Source: Prevotellaceae bacterium UBA1710 (GTDB lineage Bacteria > Bacteroidota > Bacteroidia > Bacteroidales > Bacteroidaceae). Taken from it: a stretch of DNA of 64,000 nucleotides. Under the pieces are notes generated by a model, which ran no database searches, was not told the DNA's origin, and was given only the letters and a program-made list of their open reading frames with translations. Below, one piece after another: positions 8,308-16,960 of the stretch (positions within the stretch are counted from its first letter, which is position 1; every line of letters starts with the position of its first letter). Location of the stretch: NCBI GenBank assembly GCA_002317355.1, contig DCJC01000056.1:7307-71306 (forward strand), read 5' to 3'. The translations under genes were made by a program, and so were the position numbers.

Positions 8308-9864
8308 ATGAATTTGAAAAAGAATTTCCTTGCAGTTGCCATTGTTTGTGCTGCTGCTTCAAACGTAAATGCTGGTGGTATTCTCACAAATACCAACCAG
8401 AGCGTTTCTTTCCTTCGTAACCCTGCTCGTGAGGCTGCTATCGGTATTGATGGCGTCTATTCAAATCCTGCTGGTGTTGCATTCATGAATAATGGTTTTC
8501 ACCTTGGATTGAACTGGCAGGCAGGCTGGCAGACACGTACTGTGGAAACTACAAGTCCATTCCTTGACCCAACTCTTCAGGCTGTAATGGGTAAGGCTGA
8601 GGCTCCAACAAAGAGTTATAGGGGACATACAGCTGTTCCTTGCATTCCTTCTCTTCAGGCAGCATACAATACAGACAAATGGTCGTATCAGTTCAACTTT
8701 GCTGTTGCTGGTGGTGGCGGTAGCTGTGAGTTTACTAAGGGTATCGGTACATTCGACAATGCAGTTGGACAGATTGCTGCACGTATGGCTCCACTCGGTG
8801 TGATGGGTTATGGCGCAGATAGTTATATGGAAGGAAAACAGTACTATTTCGGCGTTACTATGGGTGCTGCCTATAAGGTGAACGAGAATCTCTCTGTTTA
8901 TGGAGGTCTTCGTGGAATGATTGCTTCTGCTAACTATATTGCAAAGATCAATGATATTGTGGTTTCTTCAGTTGATGGTCTTGAGCACATGGGACAGTTC
9001 ATGGATAAGAAGAACGCATATCTCTCAGGTGTAATCGCTCAGACAAAGCCTTACTATGATGCTTATGCTACCCAGTATCCTGCACTCAAGGCACTTGTTG
9101 AAAGCGGCAAGGCTACAGCAGAGCATAAGGCTCTTGTGCAGGCTATTGAAGGCTATCAGACAGCCGTAGGCGCTCAGGCAGCTCTCGGTCAGCTTGATGG
9201 TTACAGAAACGGTATCAACCTTGAGAGTGATCAGAGTGGTTTCGGTATTGCTCCTATCATTGGTGCTGACTATAAGATTGGTGCATTCAATTTTGCTGCA
9301 AAGTATGAGTTCCGTACTGCTATGAGCCTTGAGAACTCTTCAAATCTTCCAGAGGCAACACTTGCTGCTACAGGTACTTTCGTTGATGGTTCAAAGGTTC
9401 GTGAGGATGTTCCTGCTTTCCTTGCTGTAGGTGCTCAGTACAGTCCGATAGATATTGTGCGTATCAATGCTGGCTATCATCACTATTATGACAGAAAAGC
9501 AAAGAAGACCTATTACTACACAGACGAGGCTGGTGCTGCCGTAAGATCAGATTTCAAGAATTGTCTTCTCAAGCATGGTACAAACGAGTATCTCGGAGGT
9601 GTGGAGGTAGATCTGACAAAGCGTCTTACCGTATCTTCAGGTTTCCAGATTACACGTTACGGCAACACAGAGGAGTATATCTCAGATATCTCTTTCGTTG
9701 TTGACTCATGGTCATTCGGTTTTGGTGCAAGCTATCAGGCAAATGATAACGTGAAGCTTGAGGCTGCCTATTTCCAGACAACATACGACCATTTCAAGAC
9801 TACATCAAGTGATTTCACTCGTACTGCAAGTGTTATCGGTGTAGGATGTGAGATTAGTTTCTAA
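8308..9864 (+). CDS. OmpP1/FadL family outer-membrane transporter
   Basis: signal peptide, GGILTNTNQS..RNPAR..IDGVYSNPAG N-terminal motif, beta-strand pattern, C-terminal F; -7 box TAATTTTG at 8221-8228. Confidence 0.88.
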   Translation: MNLKKNFLAVAIVCAAASNVNAGGILTNTNQSVSFLRNPAREAAIGIDGVYSNPAGVAFMNNGFHLGLNWQAGWQTRTVETTSPFLDPTLQAVMGKAEAPTKSYRGHTAVPCIPSLQAAYNTDKWSYQFNFAVAGGGGSCEFTKGIGTFDNAVGQIAARMAPLGVMGYGADSYMEGKQYYFGVTMGAAYKVNENLSVYGGLRGMIASANYIAKINDIVVSSVDGLEHMGQFMDKKNAYLSGVIAQTKPYYDAYATQYPALKALVESGKATAEHKALVQAIEGYQTAVGAQAALGQLDGYRNGINLESDQSGFGIAPIIGADYKIGAFNFAAKYEFRTAMSLENSSNLPEATLAATGTFVDGSKVREDVPAFLAVGAQYSPIDIVRINAGYHHYYDRKAKKTYYYTDEAGAAVRSDFKNCLLKHGTNEYLGGVEVDLTKRLTVSSGFQITRYGNTEEYISDISFVVDSWSFGFGASYQANDNVKLEAAYFQTTYDHFKTTSSDFTRTASVIGVGCEISF

Positions 9865-10142
9865 ACACTCTTCAATATAATTACCCAAATTTCGTTTGCA
9901 AGGGCCTGTTTGCAAGAGGCAGAAACCCTTGTAAATTCTCTTTCAAGTCCTGTGTGGCTCACGCCTGTCTTTATCGCGCTTTCTTTCATCGGTGGGCGCT
10001 TAACAGATAGATAGTGTATGCCTCATAGGACTTTCTATTTGTTGCAATTTGGCCTTTTTATTGCATTATTTGAAGAAAATGCTTGCAATAGTGAGAGAAA
10101 ATGTGTAACTTTACACCCAAAATAAAAATACTATTCCGTTTG

Positions 10143-12485
10143 ATGTGTCGTAAATCCTACAAATATCTATTATTTCTTATAGCCTTTGTGTGCGCTTTTG
10201 TGTCGTGCAACAAGGGTAAGGAAGATGCGTCCAAGCCGAAAAGCGAAGAACTCCAGAATTTTGAGAAGTATGTTTATGACACTCGTATGCGATTGCTGTA
10301 CGAGCATACTTACGACCCTGCCAATATTCCTGTTGCTGATTCTATTTATGAAGAGGCAGAAAGACTGCATTCTGACTGGTGTAAGCTTAGGGCTCTTGAG
10401 CTGAAATACTATGTGTATGTAGCTGATTCGTCAAAGCAGGAAGAGTTCTTTGAGGCTATTGATGAGTATCTGAAGATTGCATCATCAAGTGAGGAATACA
10501 AGCAGGAAATGCTTGATGGCACTTATGCCAAGGTACAGTATCTCATTTCTCAGAAACGTTACATCTCGGCTCAGGAGATCGTAAGGGATCTGATGAAGGA
10601 CTATGAGAAGACGAAATATACGGAGGGTATGTACACGTGTAATTATCTGATGGGTGCTATCTATCAGAACCGTGGAGATTACTCTATGGCAATTCCGTAT
10701 CTTAATAAGTCGGCTCTATATGCTGAAAATGACAGTATGCATCTGTCGCTTGTTTCGCGTGAGCTCTCTCTCTGCTATCAGAATATCGGAAAATATGATG
10801 AGGCTCTTTCGTATGCAAGACAAAGTTGGAAGTATGCAACCAACAGAGTCTATAAGATATGGGGTGAATATACTTATATTGGTGCACTCTATGAGGCTGG
10901 TCGTGAGAAAGAGTTTATTCTGGCTTATGAGAATTCCGTAATTTCGGTGGAGAATGTGGATGACGTATTGCCTGATTATATGAAGTTCGGTCTTGATGCC
11001 CGTGTTGCTTCTGCTCGTAAGGAATGGGATAAGGCAGAGGCTATTGCCCAGAAAATACAATATGAGAAGTATAGACATGGGGAACTTCTTTCCATTTATC
11101 TGAATAAGGGAGATTTTCGTAAGGCGTATGAGACCAAGAAGAAAATCGACCTGCTGAATGACTCTGTTAGATCCAAGATGCAGACGGAGGATCTCAACGA
11201 AATGGAAGTAAGGCTTGGAAATACTCACCTTAAGCTTGAAGCCGATGAACTGAAGATTGCCAATCAACGCTATATGATTACAGCCATTGCCGTTGCCTTG
11301 CTTCTCGTGATTGTTACTATCGTCTTTAGTGCTGTCTATATCATACGCCGTCGTTCTGCTCGCTATAAGAGAAAATCCATGGAGGAGCGAGAACTGTTCT
11401 ATAGAAACGTAACCCACCAGTTGCGTACCCCTATGACTGTGGTTCTTGGTATGGTGGAGCAACTCAAGCAGCATATTCCGCAAGATGATGTAATAGGTCA
11501 TGAGAGTCTTGCGGCTGCTCATAGACAGAGTGATAATCTGCTTGAACTTATCAAGAAACTTATTGCTGCATCAAAGGAAGGTGTTACGGTTGACTTGAGT
11601 GACATTAATACTCATCCTTCTGCTGCAAATCCTATTGATCCTGCTACAGCACCAGCAAGTTCGGTAGTAAGACCTCTTCCAACTGGTCGTGCCGTGCCTT
11701 ATGTAGCTAATGCCATTTCTTCATCTTCTATCCTTGTTGCCGAGGATAATGATGATGTGGCGATGCTTATTTGCAATATGCTTCGTGATAAGGGTTATGT
11801 GGTTAGTCGTGCTGCTGATGGTCAGGAGGCGTTGGAAATGCTTCATGAGGAGCTTCCAGATATGCTTATAACGGATATTGCCATGCCGAGAGTGGATGGT
11901 CTTGAACTCATGCGAAAGGTGCGTGGTGATGAAACGATGTGCTGTCTGCCTATCGTTGTGGTATCTGCCCGTGTTGAGGATCATGAGCGTCTTGATGGTA
12001 TTAGTGCAGGTGCTGAGGTATATCTTGCTAAGCCGTTTATTAATGAGGAGTTGCTTCTTATTGTCAGCAGACTACTTGAGCAGCGTAAGAGACTCAAGCA
12101 GATGTTTACTAATAGTAAGTCGGATGCAGAGACCAGTCGTCAGGTGCCTGAGGCAGATGTTTCGTTCTTCAACGATATCAATAAGCTTATCGATACAAAC
12201 CTTATCTCGGGTGATGTTTCCACTTCGTTCCTTGCGGATAAGCTCAATACATCTGTCTCTACTCTCAACCGCCGACTTAAGAATATGAGTGGTCTTACTG
12301 CTACCACATATATCCGTAACCGCAGAATCCTTATGGCAAAGCGTCTGCTTGAAACTACTGATCAGCCTATCAGCGAGATTGAGGTTCAATGTGGTTTTAA
12401 CACCTCTGGTCACTTCTCTCGCGTGTTCAAGGCGGAGACTGGTATCTCGCCATTGGATTATAGGAAACAGCAGGCCATGGGGTAA
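10143..12485 (+). CDS. hybrid sensor/regulator with lipoprotein-like signal, TPR region, TM helix, HisKA, REC and AraC HTH, but no HATPase domain
   Basis: FVSC lipobox-like, THQLRTPM H-box, ILVAEDN/DIAMPRVDG/AKPF receiver, CGF..SGHFSRVFK AraC; start moved to 10143 because a -7-like box (TAACTTTA, 10106-10113) overlaps the ORF-finder start. Confidence 0.85.
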   Translation: MCRKSYKYLLFLIAFVCAFVSCNKGKEDASKPKSEELQNFEKYVYDTRMRLLYEHTYDPANIPVADSIYEEAERLHSDWCKLRALELKYYVYVADSSKQEEFFEAIDEYLKIASSSEEYKQEMLDGTYAKVQYLISQKRYISAQEIVRDLMKDYEKTKYTEGMYTCNYLMGAIYQNRGDYSMAIPYLNKSALYAENDSMHLSLVSRELSLCYQNIGKYDEALSYARQSWKYATNRVYKIWGEYTYIGALYEAGREKEFILAYENSVISVENVDDVLPDYMKFGLDARVASARKEWDKAEAIAQKIQYEKYRHGELLSIYLNKGDFRKAYETKKKIDLLNDSVRSKMQTEDLNEMEVRLGNTHLKLEADELKIANQRYMITAIAVALLLVIVTIVFSAVYIIRRRSARYKRKSMEERELFYRNVTHQLRTPMTVVLGMVEQLKQHIPQDDVIGHESLAAAHRQSDNLLELIKKLIAASKEGVTVDLSDINTHPSAANPIDPATAPASSVVRPLPTGRAVPYVANAISSSSILVAEDNDDVAMLICNMLRDKGYVVSRAADGQEALEMLHEELPDMLITDIAMPRVDGLELMRKVRGDETMCCLPIVVVSARVEDHERLDGISAGAEVYLAKPFINEELLLIVSRLLEQRKRLKQMFTNSKSDAETSRQVPEADVSFFNDINKLIDTNLISGDVSTSFLADKLNTSVSTLNRRLKNMSGLTATTYIRNRRILMAKRLLETTDQPISEIEVQCGFNTSGHFSRVFKAETGISPLDYRKQQAMG

Positions 12486-12613
12486 GTGAAGAGCGAAAAG
12501 TGAAGAGAGAAGAATTTAAGTTACTAAGGTAAATGCGAAAGCCTTGCCGGAAACGGCAATGAACTGTGACAGCCTATCGAGAAGACCTACCGCGAAAAAA
12601 GGTGTCTTTTTTT

Positions 12614-12642
12614 CTCCTCCCCTCGGGGAGGTTGGGAGGGGC
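12614..12642. repeat. GC-rich REP-like palindrome
   Basis: CTCCTCCCCTCGGGGAGGTTGGGAGGGGC abutting the priA stop; T-tract on its left. Confidence 0.6.
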
Positions 12643-12643
12643 C

Positions 12644-14950
12644 TTACCCTGGATCCACATCATAATGCACCAGCAATGACTTATAATTTGCATCTGTCAT
12701 CATCTGCTGAACGCAGAACTTGATGTTGTCCCTAACTGTTTTTAGAGGAAGTGAGAGATCGAGTTTAAGCACAATCTTACGAATACAAAGCGTCTTTACA
12801 CGGGCAACAGCAGGTTTGTCCGGGCCTAATATCATTGTGCCAGCCTTTCCCTTTAGCGCTGGTGCCTGACGTAAACGATTTGCTAATTCGATACCTGCAT
12901 TATTCACTATCTGGTTATCCCTATGCTTCAGGAATATATAGATGAGGCGTGTGAAAGGAGGGTAGCAGAAGGCACGGCGCTCTTGTACCAAGTCGCGGAA
13001 ATAGCCCGTGAAGTCATTGCTCACGATTTGTCGGATGATAGGAAGCTCTGGGTGGTTTGTCTGAAGTATCACCTTACCTTGCTTTCCTTTTCTGCCAGCA
13101 CGACCAGACACCTGTGTCATCATCATATATGCAGTCTCCCATGCTCGGAAATCAGGATAGTTGAGCATGGAATCTGCAGAGAGAATACCAACAACACTAA
13201 CGTGATCGAAATCCAAGCCTTTTGTTACCATCTGCGTGCCAATCAGCAGGTTGGTCTTCTGCGATGAGAAATCACTTATTATTCTCTCGTATGCATTTCG
13301 TGTTCTGGTGGTGTCGAGGTCCATTCTGCCGATACGAGCTTCTGGAAACTCATCGCGTATTATATCCTCAATCTTCTCCGTGCCATAGCCGCGATCTTTC
13401 AGTTCGGCATTATGGCAATCAGGACATTCGGTAGGCATACGATACGTGTAGCCACAATAATGGCACGTGAGCGAGTTCATGTTTTTATGATATGTGAGAG
13501 ACACATCGCAGTTGGTACAACGAGGCACCCAACCGCATTGATGGCATTCTATCACAGGCGAGAACCCTCGTCTATTCTGAAAGAGAATAACCTGCTCACC
13601 AGACTTCAGAGCTTCGCCAACTGCCATCTTCAAATCAGGTGACAGAACGCCTCTCATCACCTTGCGATGGCGAAGATCCTTGATGTTTACAACCTTTATC
13701 TGTGGAAGTTTGATGTCTTGATAACGCTGTGTGAGCGTCACATAACCATATTTTTCTTGCGATGCGTTGTAGTATGTTTCTGCACTTGGAGTCGCTGTGC
13801 CAAGAAGTGTCTTTGCACCATACATCTGAGCGAGTACGATGGCTGCAGAGCGACCATGATAGCGAGGAGCAGGGTCTTGCTGCTTGAACGAACTCTCGTG
13901 CTCTTCATCGACAATCACCATACCGAGGTTATGGAATGGCAGGAATACTGCCGAACGTGCACCGAGAATGACATCGTATGGCTGGTCGGAGAGCTGTTTT
14001 TGCCATATCTCCACACGCTCGGCATCCGAGTATTTTGAGTGGTAGATGCCGAGTCGGTTGCCGAAGACACGATGCAGACGCTCTGTGATCTGCACGGTAA
14101 GGGCAATCTCTGGAAGCAGATACAGCACTTGCTTGCCTTCGTCAATGGCACGCTGTATCATCTTTATGTAAATCTCTGTCTTTCCGCTGGATGTAACACC
14201 ATGAAGCAGACAGACATTATGCTTTTCCCATTCCTTATAGATACTGTCGTAAGCCTGCTGTTGGGCTTCAGACAGATTCTTTGTGGGATGGGTGATGGCT
14301 TCAAGACTTCTGTCGCGCATCAGTCGGCTTACTTCCTTGTCATAGAGATACAGAAGTCCTCTGTCACAAAGTGCCTTGATGGTAGCAGCATTTGCGTGGG
14401 CATCGTTCATGAGCTCGTCTCGGGTAACCTCTATGACCTCTTCCCTTGTACTATCACCTTCAATGGAATCCCAATGGCTGAGAGAAAGGAATGAGTTGAA
14501 TGCCTCCAACTGCTTGGTTGCCCTTACAAGTGTGTTGAGAGCTATGTGAAGTGCGTTCTCATTCTGAAACTGCTGTGCTAAGCCAATGTATGTCTCGGTC
14601 TTTGGACGATATGTGCCTTCAGCCTTCATTCCTGAGGGAAGAGCAGCACGAAAGACGTCGCCAAGAGGTGACATATAGTATTCGGATATCCATGTCCAAA
14701 GTTTGTATTGTTGTGGCAGAAGGACTGGTTCTGTATCGATAATAGCGATAATATCACGTATCTGAACTCCCTCTTTTATGGATATCTGATCGGTAGGTGC
14801 GTTTACTACAAGTCCTGTGTATGTCTTTGAAATACCCAATGGCACCTTTACACGGATAAATGGCACAATGTCTTTCTCCATGCTTTCTGGCACAGAGTAT
14901 GTGTAAAGTCCATCAATTCCGAGGGGTAAGATTACATTGACGTATTTCAT
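12644..14950 (-). CDS. priA: primosomal protein N' (replication restart helicase)
   Basis: GVTSSGKTE, DEEHE, NRRGFS, four CxxC Zn motifs, QVSGRAGR. Confidence 0.97.
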   Translation of the reverse strand: MKYVNVILPLGIDGLYTYSVPESMEKDIVPFIRVKVPLGISKTYTGLVVNAPTDQISIKEGVQIRDIIAIIDTEPVLLPQQYKLWTWISEYYMSPLGDVFRAALPSGMKAEGTYRPKTETYIGLAQQFQNENALHIALNTLVRATKQLEAFNSFLSLSHWDSIEGDSTREEVIEVTRDELMNDAHANAATIKALCDRGLLYLYDKEVSRLMRDRSLEAITHPTKNLSEAQQQAYDSIYKEWEKHNVCLLHGVTSSGKTEIYIKMIQRAIDEGKQVLYLLPEIALTVQITERLHRVFGNRLGIYHSKYSDAERVEIWQKQLSDQPYDVILGARSAVFLPFHNLGMVIVDEEHESSFKQQDPAPRYHGRSAAIVLAQMYGAKTLLGTATPSAETYYNASQEKYGYVTLTQRYQDIKLPQIKVVNIKDLRHRKVMRGVLSPDLKMAVGEALKSGEQVILFQNRRGFSPVIECHQCGWVPRCTNCDVSLTYHKNMNSLTCHYCGYTYRMPTECPDCHNAELKDRGYGTEKIEDIIRDEFPEARIGRMDLDTTRTRNAYERIISDFSSQKTNLLIGTQMVTKGLDFDHVSVVGILSADSMLNYPDFRAWETAYMMMTQVSGRAGRKGKQGKVILQTNHPELPIIRQIVSNDFTGYFRDLVQERRAFCYPPFTRLIYIFLKHRDNQIVNNAGIELANRLRQAPALKGKAGTMILGPDKPAVARVKTLCIRKIVLKLDLSLPLKTVRDNIKFCVQQMMTDANYKSLLVHYDVDPG

Positions 14951-14955
14951 GAGGA

Positions 14956-14987
14956 CAAAGGTACAAACTTTTCTTTATACTCACAAA
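14956..14987 (-). promoter_or_regulatory. primary-sigma promoter of priA (probably leaderless)
   Basis: TTTG-N20-TACCTTTG ending 5 nt before the ATG. Confidence 0.7.
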
Positions 14988-15089
14988 TTTTATCCGTATA
15001 ATTCTGATTTTTCCTTGTTGTTACCTGTTACTTGTTACCGAACATGCAATCTGCTATATAATCCTTATATGAAGCATCGTTGTAAAAAG

Positions 15090-15154
15090 GTAGTAAACTC
15101 AGTGAACCTCCGCTTTATGTATGTTCAAAAGCGGAGGTTCACTGAGTTTACTAC
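15090..15154. repeat. perfect 27-bp inverted repeat with 11-nt loop; probable terminator or processing stem of the por operon
   Basis: GTAGTAAACTCAGTGAACCTCCGCTTT / AAAGCGGAGGTTCACTGAGTTTACTAC. Confidence 0.9.
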
Positions 15155-15255
15155 GGAGGTATAACGAAGGATGAGCGAATGTACGTCCTATGGAGTAAGG
15201 CTTATCAGCCTATTGGATTTCTTTGTCAGAGGTGACGGCAGAAATCCATAGATGA

Positions 15256-15855
15256 TTAGAATATGTATGTCAAACCTATCTGCCAGGCATTTGACTTTGG
15301 CTCAAGCTTTAACTCATCGATGTTGGTAAGAACATTGTTTGGAATCTTAGCTTCAGCTGTTTTTCCGAAAGCTGTGTTGTAATTCACTCTTACCTCAATG
15401 TTGTTTATACGAACACCTCCACCAACGTTGAAACTGAAGTCACTATCCTTCCAACGCCAGTCTTTGACATAGTCGGTTACCTCACCGATGTTCTTTGCGC
15501 CAATATTGAAAGCGAATTGTGGACCAGCAAATGCAAAGATACTTGTGCCGCTGACGATTTCTACGCCCTTACGAATGTTAGCCTGAAGATCAAGATTCTG
15601 TCTTCTGACTGTTTCGCCATCAACCTCCAAACTTCGTACATCATAGATGCCGGATGCTTCTATGTCGAAGTTGGCAAGAGTGATGAAGAATGTTGGACCT
15701 ACGTAGAAACCTGCCTGGTTGCTTGCGTCAATCACGCTTGTGTCGATGACGAACTTGTTGATGTTCAATCCTCCCTGAATGCCGAACTTGACTTGTGCGT
15801 TAGTTGGATGCACAAGCATAAGGATTGCGATGGCAATGAAAAGAATTTTCTTCAT
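15256..15855 (-). CDS. small outer-membrane beta-barrel (porin/PorT-like, OMP_b-brl family)
   Basis: start moved to 15855 (MKKILF..TNA-Q); FGIQGGLN, FAGPQFAFN, C-terminal WQIGLTYIF. Confidence 0.8.
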   Translation of the reverse strand: MKKILFIAIAILMLVHPTNAQVKFGIQGGLNINKFVIDTSVIDASNQAGFYVGPTFFITLANFDIEASGIYDVRSLEVDGETVRRQNLDLQANIRKGVEIVSGTSIFAFAGPQFAFNIGAKNIGEVTDYVKDWRWKDSDFSFNVGGGVRINNIEVRVNYNTAFGKTAEAKIPNNVLTNIDELKLEPKSNAWQIGLTYIF

Positions 15856-15871
15856 ATTATCCTCCTTTGTT

Positions 15872-16960
15872 TTAGTGTCTCTGACGACGTACACTTACTC
15901 GTGCTGAGCCAGATGAAGAAGATGAGGTAGACTTTGTCTTGGTCTTCTTCTCCTTAACTTCAGTAGAAGAGGTTGTAGAGCGACGGTTTGTCTTCTGAGC
16001 TTTTTTCTTTGAGCCCTTATTGTCCTTCTCAACCTTAGCAATGCTATCGAGTGAGTCTTTGCGAGCCTGATTGCCCCAGATATTCTTCTCGAAGGCTTTC
16101 ATCTCCTTTTCAATCTTGACTTGTGCCTGCTGCATCTTCAAAGAGTCACCTTCGTATTGCTGAGAGAGGGTCTGACCGAGCATGTTATTTGTCTTATAGA
16201 CTTCTCCCTTGTACTTTGTCTTTACGAAGTAGTCGTCAATGCTCATCATGGCTGCATTGTTGATGTTACTTGTCATGATCATCTGCTTAGAGAGGAAAGG
16301 CGCAACATCGTCGTACTTTACCCAAAAGAGAGGGTAGGTGGCAGGCTGACCGCCAAAATCATCTTCACGGGTCATGATTGGACAGAGAGCTACAACCTTT
16401 GTGTGGTAGGTAGCTGTGTACTGATCGTAGTAGGATGATTCCTTGATGTAATATGATTTAACCTCGCGGCTTGGGATGTCTGAGTTGTCGATTTTCAGTT
16501 TGCCATCTTTCTTCTCATAGTAGATGTGATAGTTGTCGAGAAATGACAATGGCTTGATCTTTGCATCTGCTGTGAAAACCTCATTGCCGTCAAGTCGATA
16601 TTCGTAGGCAGTTACCTGACCTGATAGAATTAATTTGAAGAGGTATGTGAAGAGGTTCATTTGTGAGCCGACAGATTCAACGGGATAGTATAAACCTCCG
16701 TTTTCGTCTTTTGTGAGATCGAGAAGACGATACAAGTCACGACGCCAAACCACATCCTCTGGCATCTTCTGCTGAGTAGGGAAAGCGATCTTGGCACGCT
16801 CAGTCATATTGTTGGCATTGCTCTTTGCCTGAGTCTTCTGAGCCTGCTGTGCACGTCGTGCTGCTGGTTGAGCTATGGCTGTTGAGGCAAAGAGGGATAG
16901 GGTAACAAATGCTGTTGCTACCAAGATTCTCCTATATGTCATATTGATATTCATACTCAT
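15872..16960 (-). CDS. porN: T9SS ring protein PorN/GldN
   Basis: DVVWRRDLYR.LDL, ALCP, YPLFWV motifs; position after porM; exact start uncertain. Confidence 0.92.
   Translation of the reverse strand: MSMNINMTYRRILVATAFVTLSLFASTAIAQPAARRAQQAQKTQAKSNANNMTERAKIAFPTQQKMPEDVVWRRDLYRLLDLTKDENGGLYYPVESVGSQMNLFTYLFKLILSGQVTAYEYRLDGNEVFTADAKIKPLSFLDNYHIYYEKKDGKLKIDNSDIPSREVKSYYIKESSYYDQYTATYHTKVVALCPIMTREDDFGGQPATYPLFWVKYDDVAPFLSKQMIMTSNINNAAMMSIDDYFVKTKYKGEVYKTNNMLGQTLSQQYEGDSLKMQQAQVKIEKEMKAFEKNIWGNQARKDSLDSIAKVEKDNKGSKKKAQKTNRRSTTSSTEVKEKKTKTKSTSSSSSGSARVSVRRQRH

Noticed and set aside
10716-11522. 268-aa minus-strand ORF
   Set aside because: Lies antisense within the hybrid regulator gene and has no motifs; a shadow ORF.
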